DNA from: Desulfobacterales bacterium
Lineage (GTDB): Bacteria; Desulfobacterota; Desulfobacteria; Desulfobacterales; UBA5852
Length of the DNA stretch: 64,000 nucleotides
NCBI GenBank assembly: GCA_963674755.2
Contig: CAXXVS010000001.1
Location: 800,001-864,000 of the forward strand
Direction: 5' to 3'
Of the stretch, positions 37,607 to 47,961 are shown piece by piece. How positions within the stretch are numbered: position 1 is the stretch's first letter; the number at the start of each line of letters is the position of its first letter. A program made the translations under genes and the position numbers. The notes below the pieces were generated by a model that saw only the letters and a list, made by a program, of their open reading frames with translations, made no database searches and was not told the origin of the DNA.

Positions 37607-38710
37607 TTATGATAAATCTTTTTTAATAGAATCAATAACTCTGTCTGCCTGTTCTATTGTCAAATGTGGCCCAATCGGTATGCTTAGTACGGTTGAAGCA
37701 ATGTTTTCAGCGATTGGGAGATTGAAATGCTTTGGAAAAACTTTACTATAGGCTTTGCTTTTATGAGGTGGAATTGGATAATGAATTAAAGTTCCAATTC
37801 CATCTTTTTCCAACTTGTTTTGGAGATTATCTCTGTCAGTATGCCTTAATACGAACAAGTGCCATACTGGGTCACAGTAATCGGGAAAATGAGGCAAAAA
37901 CAAATCACGGAAATTGCCTAGTTCTTTTAGATATAGATTCGCTATATTCTTTCTGATTTGATTCCATTTATCAAGCTTGGACAATTTGACGCGTAAGAAA
38001 CCAGCCTGAAGTTCATCTAAACGAGAATTGAATCCTATAATTTCATTGTAGTATTTTTTGTTCGAACCGTAGTTCCTTAAGGTTCGAACACGACGGGCAA
38101 GATCTGAATCGTTTGTTGTTATAGCGCCACCATCACCAAAAGCACCCAAATTTTTACCGGGATAGAAACTAAAACCTGCAGCATCACCAAGGCTGCCAGT
38201 GCGATGTTGCTTATAGAGTGCACCATGAGCCTGCGCAGCGTCTTCAATTACTTTTAGTTTGTAATGATTCGCAACTTCAATGATAGGATCCATATCAGCT
38301 GGTTGACCATATAAATGGACTGGTAGGATGGCTTTAGTGCGGGAAGTTATCGATTGCTCAATCAGATTCGGATCGAGATTGTAGGTTTTTTGATTTGGTT
38401 CAACCGGAACAGGGGTTGCCCCCGTATATGTTATGGCAAGCCAAGTAGCAATGTAAGTATTTGAAGGTACGATAACTTCGTCGCCATTGCCTATTCCATA
38501 AGCTCGGAGGATCAGGTGGAGCGCATCTAAGCCATTCCCGACCCCGACACAGTAATTAACGCCACAATATTCTGCAAACTCCTTTTCAAAAGATTCAACC
38601 TCTGAACCGAGAATAAACCATCCGGAATCCATAACGCGTTTATAAGTTTTGTCTAATTCAGACTTGAGCTCATAATATGTTTTTCTTAAATCCAAGAAAG
38701 GTATTTTCAT
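37607..38710 (-). CDS. DegT/DnrJ/EryC1/StrS aminotransferase (FdtB-like)
   Basis: [52 protein letters not shown]. Confidence 0.92.
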   Translation of the reverse strand: MKIPFLDLRKTYYELKSELDKTYKRVMDSGWFILGSEVESFEKEFAEYCGVNYCVGVGNGLDALHLILRAYGIGNGDEVIVPSNTYIATWLAITYTGATPVPVEPNQKTYNLDPNLIEQSITSRTKAILPVHLYGQPADMDPIIEVANHYKLKVIEDAAQAHGALYKQHRTGSLGDAAGFSFYPGKNLGAFGDGGAITTNDSDLARRVRTLRNYGSNKKYYNEIIGFNSRLDELQAGFLRVKLSKLDKWNQIRKNIANLYLKELGNFRDLFLPHFPDYCDPVWHLFVLRHTDRDNLQNKLEKDGIGTLIHYPIPPHKSKAYSKVFPKHFNLPIAENIASTVLSIPIGPHLTIEQADRVIDSIKKDLS

Positions 38711-38917
38711 TACAAATCAGTCTCCTTAACATAATTACCAAAAATTCTAATTTAATCATCAGGTAAAAATTTCATTATTTTGATTTTGTTGTTGGTTCCT
38801 TTAAAAGGACCGATAGAGATGGGACAATAATACCACGACAGTATACCGGTGCTGTATACTATCGTGGTATGTGCAAAACGGGACAGGATAGGACTATTTG
38901 ATGAGCCGGACCGAAAT

Positions 38918-38999
38918 ATATCCAATCCAGCAGGAATTCCTCAGTTGCTTTTTTCGACGACTGATTCCACAATTGTTTCAGGTCTTCCTTCATATATGC
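38918..38999 (-). pseudogene. probable ISL3-family transposase fragment
   Basis: Own translation AYMKEDLKQLWNQSSKKATEEFLLDWI resembles the ISL3 AY.LKE.LR.LW...A..FL..WI segment (from memory). Confidence 0.5.
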
Positions 39000-39104
39000 C
39001 CAAACTTTGGGGGCCACCGCCCGTTTCATTGCTTATATCACCATTCAGGCTGTCTCTCTTTTCAAGGCAATTAAATTTATTGTTACCCTGACTAGGATCC
39101 GAAA

Positions 39105-40064
39105 TCAGTGATAGCCAATCAAGTTTCTAATCAATATTTTAAGAGTCTCTTTTATTCCAATATGTTTTGCTATCTTCATAGAAATTTTTATAACATCCAG
39201 CTTTCTTGCATCAAATACTCGAAACTGCATTTCTCTGATGTAAACCAGCCTACTTAACTCTGATAATGTTTGACTACCATTTAACTTGTTTCTAATTTTA
39301 TATGCTTTGAACCACTCTTTTGCAATACCGTATCGATTACGAGCCCCTTCGCGCCTAAGATTCCTTCTTGTCTTAGAGGCAACTTCATTTTTAACGTTTT
39401 TATGCGTCTCATAAAGCGACTGGCCATGTTTTCTACGGAGAACTAATGGTTCATCTAAAACTGCGATACCATCTTCAAGCCATGCTCGAAAAGAGAACAC
39501 CCAATCTTCAGCAATAACGTCTGGATCAAGTGGGCCGTATTTATCATACAGTTTTCTATTATAGGAAGCACAAGCACCAGTTGCACCACACATCCATTTC
39601 GTGACATCAGTTGAAACGTCCGGCAAAAATGCTACATCTTTTTCGATGACACCAGTTTTCTTACCATTTTCATCAATTTCAACAAAACTTGAAACAGCTA
39701 AATCTACAGGTTGGATTTTGTTCTCCAATCTTTTGACTAATTTCTGTACTCTATCTTTGAAAAAAATATCGTCACCGGCACCTGCAATTATATATTTCCC
39801 ACTGGAAAGTTTCCAAGCAATATTCATATTTTCGGCGAGCCCCATATTTTTCTGATTTTTGTTTAAGATAATACTATGGGGTCCGTTATATTTTTCAATT
39901 TCATCCTTAATTATTTCAAAAGTATTATCAGAAGAAAAATCATCGGAAATGATTATCTCTAGTGGTTGATACTGTTGCTCAAAAACGCTATGCAAACAAT
40001 CTCGAATATACTTCTCTTGATTGTAAGATAGAATTAAAAAACTAGCTATTGGTTTGCAGTCCAC
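39105..40064 (-). CDS. glycosyltransferase family 2
   Basis: SYNQEKYI, EIIISDDFSSD, N.GL..N.N, AGDD, ED motif. Confidence 0.9.
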   Translation of the reverse strand: MDCKPIASFLILSYNQEKYIRDCLHSVFEQQYQPLEIIISDDFSSDNTFEIIKDEIEKYNGPHSIILNKNQKNMGLAENMNIAWKLSSGKYIIAGAGDDIFFKDRVQKLVKRLENKIQPVDLAVSSFVEIDENGKKTGVIEKDVAFLPDVSTDVTKWMCGATGACASYNRKLYDKYGPLDPDVIAEDWVFSFRAWLEDGIAVLDEPLVLRRKHGQSLYETHKNVKNEVASKTRRNLRREGARNRYGIAKEWFKAYKIRNKLNGSQTLSELSRLVYIREMQFRVFDARKLDVIKISMKIAKHIGIKETLKILIRNLIGYH

Positions 40065-40134
40065 AAAACTCTCCTCTTGAAATATTTTTCATCGTTGCCT
40101 ATACAAAGTAACCGATTCCAATACAGGATTGACA

Positions 40135-40581
40135 TTAGTCTAATCTACAACCACCAAGTTCACCTTTTACCATTTTTATATCCCTTTTAATTATTTTTGC
40201 TGGATTTCCAGAAACAATGACGTTTGAAGGAACATCTTTCGTTACAACTGATCCGGCACCAATAACAACATTATCCCCAATTGTAACTCCTGGTAATATA
40301 ATAGCGCTAGTCCCTATAAATACTCTATTGCCAATTTTTGTATTAAAATTTGAGTTATATTTACACCTAACCATGTCATGTGCCAATATTGTGACCCCAA
40401 AAGTGATGTAGCAGTCTTTTCCGATATAAATTCCCTTTGGATTCGTAAAATCCAATTTTACTCTAGTAGAAAGTCGACTCGACTTGTCGATATTCATACC
40501 CCAAATTTTCGTATAATAAAAATGCCTAATCGTCCAAAGGCTTTTCCCGATAAGATATCTAATTTTTATAAGTCCATTCAT
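40135..40581 (-). CDS. hexapeptide-repeat acyltransferase
   Basis: [41 protein letters not shown]. Confidence 0.9.
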   Translation of the reverse strand: MNGLIKIRYLIGKSLWTIRHFYYTKIWGMNIDKSSRLSTRVKLDFTNPKGIYIGKDCYITFGVTILAHDMVRCKYNSNFNTKIGNRVFIGTSAIILPGVTIGDNVVIGAGSVVTKDVPSNVIVSGNPAKIIKRDIKMVKGELGGCRLD

Positions 40582-40939
40582 AACAATTCCTCATTCCTAA
40601 CTAATTCTTGTAGATATCTTTAAACAGTAAGTTATATCGCTCAGAGGTCCCAATTGTTTAAACAATCTTAAAGGTATGTAAATCTTTAAACAGCGATCAT
40701 CTTTCAAACCTCTCAGTTCGAAGAGTCTATCATGTCTAGATTTAAAGAGAAATCATATTGAACTCACATGGGTTATCCGCCAATATGGTCGAAGTGCAAA
40801 ATTCCGTATGAATGTTTCATATTGACACACACTGAAGAAAAATCTACTATTTTAACGCCGAATCGTAAAAACTTAACCGTACTCACCAATAGAAGTGGTG
40901 GCTTAAAGCCAGCGTGACAATAATAGAAAGTACTCATCT

Positions 40940-41704
40940 ATGTCAGCCAGGTTAAATAAACATTATTTATTTCAAACGATTATCGCAGTCATAATAGTGT
41001 TAAGCACATCCGCAAATGTTTTTCTGATCATAAAAGTTTTTCATGATTATAAATCCATCAACCTCTTAAGACTCTACCCACTTGAGCAATATGCTTTAAA
41101 AAGTAAACCTGTTGTTGATTTTGAAAAAAGTAACTTGCCCAAAATTATATTGTTCGGCGATTCACGAATTGCCAATTGGAAACCAGTTTTGACTCTACCT
41201 GGCTACCAAATCCTGAATCGTGGTATTAGTGGACAAACAACAACTCAGTTAAGGATGCGGTTGCATAATGATGTAATCAATGCATCTCCTGAGTTGGTCA
41301 TTCTTCAGGCTGGAATCAACGATTTAAAAAATATCGGTTTATTTCCCAACCATGCAGAAGAGATAGCCTCTAATTGCAGGATGAATTTAAAATACATTAT
41401 TGACCACATCAGCGGTAAAGATATCGAAGTTGTCGTACTAACCCTTTTCCCTGTTGGAAAACCATCCTGGGTAAGATCCTGGTTTTGGTCTGAACAAATT
41501 AACGATGAACTGAAATTAACCAACGATTATTTGAAAGGAATGGGAAACTCTAAAGTTCATATTATTGATGCAGATATTATTCTAAAAAAAAAAGAATATA
41601 TTTCCCCAAAGTATGAAAAAGATATGCTTCACCTCAATCGCTTTGGGTACGAGAAATTAAATAAATTATTGGACACCTATCTGCAGAAGCTAATACTGGA
41701 ATAA
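40940..41704 (+). CDS. SGNH/GDSL hydrolase with N-terminal membrane anchor
   Basis: LFGDSR, NRGISG, QAGINDL, DMLHLN blocks. Confidence 0.88.
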   Translation: MSARLNKHYLFQTIIAVIIVLSTSANVFLIIKVFHDYKSINLLRLYPLEQYALKSKPVVDFEKSNLPKIILFGDSRIANWKPVLTLPGYQILNRGISGQTTTQLRMRLHNDVINASPELVILQAGINDLKNIGLFPNHAEEIASNCRMNLKYIIDHISGKDIEVVVLTLFPVGKPSWVRSWFWSEQINDELKLTNDYLKGMGNSKVHIIDADIILKKKEYISPKYEKDMLHLNRFGYEKLNKLLDTYLQKLILE

Positions 41705-41937
41705 AGGCTTGGCAATAAGTCAACTCAACTTTAATGATTTGATATGTGGCATAAAAAATGTAAAAAATTAGAATTTCATAAAAATATATTGCAGGGCGTA
41801 AACCTTTTAATTTATAATAATTTTGCCGAAGAACGCTAACTTTAAACTACCTTTATTTTGGCCAGCTTATTCCTTCTTTGCGGGGCAATTCCATTACTTT
41901 TCCGTCATAATTTGTAATTCTCCAAAAATTTAAACAT

Positions 41938-43248
41938 TCATCTATAATTACTGGTATTTCGTTGTATTGCTTCGTTTACCTGATTTTGTTTCAATAAACT
42001 GTATGCATATGAACCAATCGCTATGTTGAAATACAGCAACATAGTAATCTGTCCAAAATAGGCAACCGATAGAAACGATATACAGTGAGATATCATCATT
42101 GTAGTTAAGCCCCACCATAGCCATTGATCATTTTTACTTCTTAGCGCTAATGATCCGGTAGCTTTTACTGTTTTATAACAAAGAGCAATGAAAGTTGCCA
42201 TCGCGAAGACACCACCTTTAGCTCCTAATAGCAAATAATGATTCGTGAAGTCTGTAAATGTTGCATGGGCGTAAGGCCAATACTTAATATGCCAATCAGC
42301 TCCCATATCACCATAACCAACAAGCCACCATTTACTAAATTCTCTCAATGCAGCTTCTACAAGTAAATATCTGTGCCAACCAGTTGAGCTGGCTTTGAGA
42401 GGAATCCTTACATATAAAAATTGCCATATAGGTGCGTCTCTAGCAAAATGAATAAACAGAGTGGCCAAAATAACGGCAAAAAAAAGTTTTTTGCTGTGAT
42501 GTTTCCATTTAAACAAACATAGGAGAGATACAACTCCTGCAAATGCCACTATAGGACTACTGGAGGAACACGCGATAATATAAAAAACACAACAAATTGA
42601 TGCTAATAGATATTTAATCTGCTTTTCGGTTTTGTACTCGGACCACAGAGCAGGGAAGACCGATGCTGAAAAAGACCCAAATAATATTGCGTGGCTGAAT
42701 GTTGCAGCCGCTCGAATTTCACCATCTCTTATTTCTGTCATGGAGCTTCCAAATAAGATTGGAAAAAGATTGTTTGAAGTAAAATACTCAAATACTACAA
42801 ACGGCAATAAGGCTATTATACAATAACAAAATGTTTTTATTGCAAGCTTTATTGATTCTGATGATTGAAGGATATATCTAAACACTAAGTAGACAAAAAT
42901 GGTATCGACAGTCTCTCCGAGTGTGTAAATAAAGGCCTCCGATTTGTTGACGCTAGCAATAACATAAGCAATAAATCCAATTAGATTGTATGAAATAAAA
43001 AGGTTGTCTATTAGATTAAAGAATTTATACTTAGGAGGCTTCGATCCAAGCCAAAGCTTTCCAAGACTCACTATTGCTATGATTCTAATTGCATAAAAAT
43101 GTAAGCCGCCAATTGTTATCGGTATATCGGCTGGTAAAAAGCACATAGCGATAACGAATGGTATTATAAGATGTTTTTTCTTTAAGAAAAAAATAGAAAT
43201 GCAGAGTGTGGTTATTAACGCTAAAAAAGTAGGAGTCAACTGAGCCAA
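41938..43248 (-). CDS. O-antigen ligase/polymerase-like membrane protein
   Basis: Many TM helices; RAAATFSHAILFG, SSSP, HRY.L, DFTNHYL. Confidence 0.7.
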   Translation of the reverse strand: MAQLTPTFLALITTLCISIFFLKKKHLIIPFVIAMCFLPADIPITIGGLHFYAIRIIAIVSLGKLWLGSKPPKYKFFNLIDNLFISYNLIGFIAYVIASVNKSEAFIYTLGETVDTIFVYLVFRYILQSSESIKLAIKTFCYCIIALLPFVVFEYFTSNNLFPILFGSSMTEIRDGEIRAAATFSHAILFGSFSASVFPALWSEYKTEKQIKYLLASICCVFYIIACSSSSPIVAFAGVVSLLCLFKWKHHSKKLFFAVILATLFIHFARDAPIWQFLYVRIPLKASSTGWHRYLLVEAALREFSKWWLVGYGDMGADWHIKYWPYAHATFTDFTNHYLLLGAKGGVFAMATFIALCYKTVKATGSLALRSKNDQWLWWGLTTMMISHCISFLSVAYFGQITMLLYFNIAIGSYAYSLLKQNQVNEAIQRNTSNYR

Positions 43249-43510
43249 TTTTATTGTATTCCTTTAGGTCGAAAGCTAGGAAGAACCTGTGCGGAAATTT
43301 TAATTTTGATACAACTTTATTTTGATACTGGATAGCGACAGAATGGATTTGAATTAGCAGGACCGGTCTCACGAGTGGAAGAATTAAGGCCACATAAAGG
43401 CGAGGGCGTCTTTTTGGATAAAAAAATACGAACGATGATTCTGATTTTATATTCAGAGAATCTCTGCGGCTTTCGATGTTTTGAGGCGGGGAAACAAAGA
43501 ATACCCGGGA

Positions 43511-43558
43511 AGAAAAACGTGAGTCATCCCAGCCCCTTTTATGGAGCTGGGATGACTT
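43511..43558 (-). terminator. probable intrinsic terminator
   Basis: 12-bp stem agtcatcccagc/gctgggatgact, T-run nearby on the - strand, downstream of the 43635 gene. Confidence 0.6.
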
Positions 43559-43634
43559 ATATCAAGCGTCTGGAAACATCTTTACTTTTTCATTTTTTTA
43601 GCGATGCTGTGCATTGTGGTTCAGCAATCGTTAA

Positions 43635-45539
43635 TTATGGCAGATACTCATGAACTTCGAACTCAGTAATGCTGTTCCAACTATTGTTATTGTTCCCATA
43701 TCCGGTTATCCTTACATACCTTACCGGTATTTGCGAAATTTCATACGTCTCTAACGTATCGGTTCCACCACTATTTCCTCTATAGTGTTGAGTCCACGTT
43801 GTTCTATCCACTGAGGTCTCTAACCCAAAGTCTGCAATTTGTGTCTGTCCAATAAACCATGCAATTTGAACCTCAGATAGAACTTTATTAGATCCTAAAT
43901 CGTATTCTATCCACTCCCCTATACCTTCAGCCGACCATCTGGTAGTGAAATCACCATCAATGGTATTTTCCGGAATATTGCCATCGTCTGAACTAGCTGT
44001 TATCGACACAGGGTTAAGCTTAACAACAGGGCTAGGTGTAACAACAGGGCTAGGTGTAACAACAGGGTTAAGCACTACACGAGCACTAGGTGGAGATGTA
44101 GGAGGTACAATTTCTGAGGATCCACTGTCTGAGGGGTCGCTTGGCTGCCCACTGACATATTCAAATGCCCCAATATCCCAATTTCCGTCAGCACCACGTA
44201 CGTTACCGAACATATCGACGTTGTATGGAGATGATAGTACTATAGTTGTGTCACCTCCCAATCCAGTAGCAAGGCGATAATTATCATTGGATGAGTCTGC
44301 AAACGGGTCCCCTGTGGTTACGATACTGTGTGTCGGGGGTTGTGACGGGGCATATTGATCGCTCCAATAACCATAATCTATAGTTACATTCGTACTAACA
44401 AAACCAGTCGTACTGTTGTTCCACCACAAGTTATTATAGGCTACGTTCCCGCTTGCTCTCCCGGGAAAATAAAGTCCGCCACCGTAATAACCAGATGTCA
44501 TATTAGCGATTGTGTTGTTATATATTTTCCAATTAACAGCCCAGGTGGCGTTTCCTGCATCGTCATGTACCGCAGCTAAACCGCTTGCTCCCGTCTGAGA
44601 ATAACTTGAGTTGAAGTAAAAAAGGTTCCCGTATATTTCCCAATTTTCACAAGCTCCGTAACTTTCAACGCCACCTATATTTGATGTTCCGTTGGCATTT
44701 TCAAACAAATTATAACGGACAGTGTAATTATCGTCACCACTCATCGACCAAAGTTCTGCGTGATATGCTGACGTGCTTTTATTATTTGAAATACAATTAT
44801 ATTCGACTATCCATCCATCATTTCCCCTGGTGAATAGAGGGCACCCATACGGATCATAAATATAGCAATATGCAATATGCCAATCGTCATTCCGGATTGT
44901 GCCTAAATTCCATATTAAGTGGCCATATCCATTATTTGTATCAACTCCCCATTTTGGGACTGCATGGATTTGCAAGTGGTAAAGATTTACATTTGTTACC
45001 GGGCCCACTCCATAGGGAACATTAATACACCTATTGGCAACACCTGAAGTCCACGGTGCTCTGATCTCAATCCCAAAACCTTCACGAAATGAATCGGGGA
45101 AATTGTTTTCATCGGGACCGCCACCAGTTTGCCCGTCCCAAGTGTAGTAGCCTGTGTAGAAGGTGTATAAGCCAGTGAAAACTGCCTTACCATCGCCATA
45201 ACTGATGCTCCATCCAGTGTCAGTACCGTGATCGTCTTCAGTTGCTTTTACAATATAGATATAATCTGTACCACTGGTTGGGTCGTCAAATTGATAAGAA
45301 CCATATTCACCGTCAGCGATCATATAAATCGTATTTCTTTTAAGAGTCGAGGGGAGATCATCCAAAGCGTTTGTCCATGAAGTCCCATCTCCGATTCCAC
45401 CATCCCTTATGTAAACTATATCCCTGCCGCTGGCAGTATAGTTTTCGGCATATGCATTACCAGCTAAACATATCATGAGAAAAAAGGCGCATAATAAAGG
45501 AGTTAATGCATATACATTTTTTCTTATTCTAAAAAACAT
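43635..45539 (-). CDS. secreted parallel beta-helix (pectin lyase-like) protein with Pro/Ser linker and C-terminal F5/8 type C domain
   Basis: Signal peptide; GDGTSWTNA, Asn-rich I.YN/IYNNT/YNNL repeats, D.FGN.R...WDIGAFEY; discoidin ASSDDGN...TRWS...RYVRI; aggagg RBS before ATG 45539. Confidence 0.75.
   Translation of the reverse strand: MFFRIRKNVYALTPLLCAFFLMICLAGNAYAENYTASGRDIVYIRDGGIGDGTSWTNALDDLPSTLKRNTIYMIADGEYGSYQFDDPTSGTDYIYIVKATEDDHGTDTGWSISYGDGKAVFTGLYTFYTGYYTWDGQTGGGPDENNFPDSFREGFGIEIRAPWTSGVANRCINVPYGVGPVTNVNLYHLQIHAVPKWGVDTNNGYGHLIWNLGTIRNDDWHIAYCYIYDPYGCPLFTRGNDGWIVEYNCISNNKSTSAYHAELWSMSGDDNYTVRYNLFENANGTSNIGGVESYGACENWEIYGNLFYFNSSYSQTGASGLAAVHDDAGNATWAVNWKIYNNTIANMTSGYYGGGLYFPGRASGNVAYNNLWWNNSTTGFVSTNVTIDYGYWSDQYAPSQPPTHSIVTTGDPFADSSNDNYRLATGLGGDTTIVLSSPYNVDMFGNVRGADGNWDIGAFEYVSGQPSDPSDSGSSEIVPPTSPPSARVVLNPVVTPSPVVTPSPVVKLNPVSITASSDDGNIPENTIDGDFTTRWSAEGIGEWIEYDLGSNKVLSEVQIAWFIGQTQIADFGLETSVDRTTWTQHYRGNSGGTDTLETYEISQIPVRYVRITGYGNNNNSWNSITEFEVHEYLP
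44008..44073 (-). repeat. 18-bp in-frame tandem repeat in linker (LNPVV/TPSPVV)
   Basis: taacaacagggctaggtg twice plus variants. Confidence 0.8.
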
Positions 45540-45600
45540 CGTATCCTCCTGGTAGTTAAAATGATACAAACGGTAATACATTTTTTTCGGTCCATGCATA

Positions 45601-45616
45601 TGCAACATCCGGGCCA
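45601..45616 (-). promoter_or_regulatory. sigma54 promoter
   Basis: TGGCCCGGATGTTGCA on - strand (GG-N10-GC), about 60 nt upstream of ATG 45539. Confidence 0.7.
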
Positions 45617-46041
45617 TTTTAGCAAACAATATTTTATAGTGTAATCAACGTGTAACAGAATTTAAAATACTATCAAAGTATGATGAAGTGCAAAATTTTA
45701 GACAGATTCCAACTTTTTCACATTTAATAAACTTTTTCTCTTTGGATAGCATCAGCCCTATCAAGGCAGGCTTCATACTAAATCAACTTTATGGGGTGAC
45801 GATGTTTGTTGGATGAAACGAGGTAGTTATCTATGTTTTTATTTCTATAGTAAATCCCTATCGCTATCTACTATGTAAATTTATTCACAATTCCATAGTT
45901 TTTATGGAATCTATTACCACATCTTGTGGTCTGCTCAAAACCCCATCGCAATAATTTCAAGCATTTGCACTTTTGCACAATTCTTGCACTTCTAACTAGC
46001 TCTCGCCCTATATTGGCTAAATAGACAATTTGGAGGTTTCA

Positions 46042-46794
46042 ATGAGGCGCATCAGCATGTTCGCACTGGCATTCTCGATATTGTTCGTTCCATCTGTATT
46101 CGCTTTCCCGGTACAATTGATAGACAATAGCTATTATTACGATATCTATTCTATAGCTTATTCCTCAGATGGAGAAATGACGGAAGGAAGATTATCTGGA
46201 ACCTCCAACCAAGATTCAATTTCTAAAGATTTTATCCTGGCTCAAGGTGACCTATCCAGTTATGTTGGCGGTAGTATAACAGCAGATCCATTTTCGTTGT
46301 CATGTATTTCAGGGGGTCATGCTTATAGCGATGCATATGAATTGTTAGGCTCCGGGTACGCTTTCGTATCAAGTTCCACCACATTCAAACCCTTAGAAAC
46401 GACAACTTCAATTAATTTTGACACTTATTATTATGTTCCTTGGGCGGCCTCTTATTTTATTCTAACAGACATCACAGAAGGTACTGAACTTTTTAACGGT
46501 TCAGTATTTCTTTGGCTGCAAGATTATATATCCCAATATATAGGTGATTCATGGAAGGGTTCGACAACCAATGTTCTTCAATTGGATTTCGACATATTGG
46601 ATGCCACGCTTTATGATGACCATTTATACAAACTTGAAATAGGTGCGCTCGCACAATCAGGGGGTGATTTTTCATCAGCACATCTCACCGCCGATATTCA
46701 GGTTGTCCCCGTACCTGAGCCATCAACGCTGTTATTGTTGAGTCTTGCATTGCCCGTCGCTTGGATAAGAAAAAACAGATTTTCAAAAAACTAA
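46042..46794 (+). CDS. PEP-CTERM sorting-signal protein
   Basis: Signal peptide; C-terminal VPVPEPSTLLLLSLALPVAWIRKNR. Confidence 0.9.
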   Translation: MRRISMFALAFSILFVPSVFAFPVQLIDNSYYYDIYSIAYSSDGEMTEGRLSGTSNQDSISKDFILAQGDLSSYVGGSITADPFSLSCISGGHAYSDAYELLGSGYAFVSSSTTFKPLETTTSINFDTYYYVPWAASYFILTDITEGTELFNGSVFLWLQDYISQYIGDSWKGSTTNVLQLDFDILDATLYDDHLYKLEIGALAQSGGDFSSAHLTADIQVVPVPEPSTLLLLSLALPVAWIRKNRFSKN

Positions 46795-47048
46795 TAGCAA
46801 ATCATGGGCTCCGTGAAGCTCATGATGAGAAATGAGTCGGCCCAATCGATCAATTACCGCCCATTTTTTCGACGCACTAACTGAATTAAATTTACTGAAA
46901 AATTTTCCCGGAAGTGTAAAATCGGAGATGTGGCATGTTTTTCAAAGGTCTCACCGCTTTGAGCGGTTCACGAGTCAATCCTTCGGCTTTTCCAGAGGTC
47001 ATGAATTTGCATTAGACCTAAAGAGAAATTATTCAAATTGTGCCTTTC

Positions 47049-47951
47049 TTACTCTGGACGCCAAGTGTTATTTTCTATTTTAAACAATCTTCTTAATTGC
47101 TCTTTTCGAGAATATGAAATGGCTTCCGGGGGTAAAGGTTGTTCTAAGTTTCTTAACAACCCAACAAAATAGCCGGTTAGCCTCATCAAACCAGATAAGA
47201 AATAGGGGCGTTCCCACATCATTCTTTTAAGGCATTTTGCGAACATAAAAAGAGGGTGGGAACCTAAACAATAGTCCGTTATTCCTAGACGATATCTTGC
47301 CATAGTCAAACTTCGTCCATCACCGGTACCAACCGGTCTATGGTGTTTTACGATGATATCATCAAAGGACCATGTCCCCCAACCATTCATTCTAGCTAGG
47401 ATTTCCATTCCAGAGTCTTCACCTCCGTGTTTAAACGGAAGATAACCTCCACATTTTTCGTAACACTCTTTTTTAAATACTTGGATAGCTTTTGGTGTTG
47501 AGTGCCGAGAAATTTTAGCCACTATCCAATTATCACCCTCAATCTCTATGTATGTTCCTGTGGCAATCCCAAGTTTTTTATACTTATTAAAGTTAGAAAA
47601 AATTTTTTCATAGTAATCTTTGCATAATTCAATATCAGCATCAAGAATGGCTAGATACGAAAAGTTTATTTGTTTGATATGTCTATAGCCGGTTGTTATT
47701 GCATTTACATTGCTACCATAATATGTTTGATTCGAAAGTTTGTTGATATGTAAATATTCAATCCACTTATATTTTTTACTATAATTTTTAATAATTTTTG
47801 CAGTTGAATCAGTGGACCCGTCATCGATAATAATCCATTTCAGCGGCTTGATAGTTTGAGCAATAACCGACTCTATTGGGTACGTTATAAGTTTCTCTTC
47901 ATTAAAACAAGGCGTTAATATTATATATGATGGATTTTTATTGAGATCCAT
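47049..47951 (-). CDS. glycosyltransferase family 2
   Basis: TPCFNEE, IIDDGSTD, LDAD, GGED. Confidence 0.9.
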   Translation of the reverse strand: MDLNKNPSYIILTPCFNEEKLITYPIESVIAQTIKPLKWIIIDDGSTDSTAKIIKNYSKKYKWIEYLHINKLSNQTYYGSNVNAITTGYRHIKQINFSYLAILDADIELCKDYYEKIFSNFNKYKKLGIATGTYIEIEGDNWIVAKISRHSTPKAIQVFKKECYEKCGGYLPFKHGGEDSGMEILARMNGWGTWSFDDIIVKHHRPVGTGDGRSLTMARYRLGITDYCLGSHPLFMFAKCLKRMMWERPYFLSGLMRLTGYFVGLLRNLEQPLPPEAISYSRKEQLRRLFKIENNTWRPE

Positions 47952-47961
47952 TCCAACCTCA

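Noticed and set aside
45540..45629. N-terminal extension of the beta-helix gene
   Set aside because: Overlaps the sigma54 promoter; aggagg RBS and signal peptide support ATG 45539
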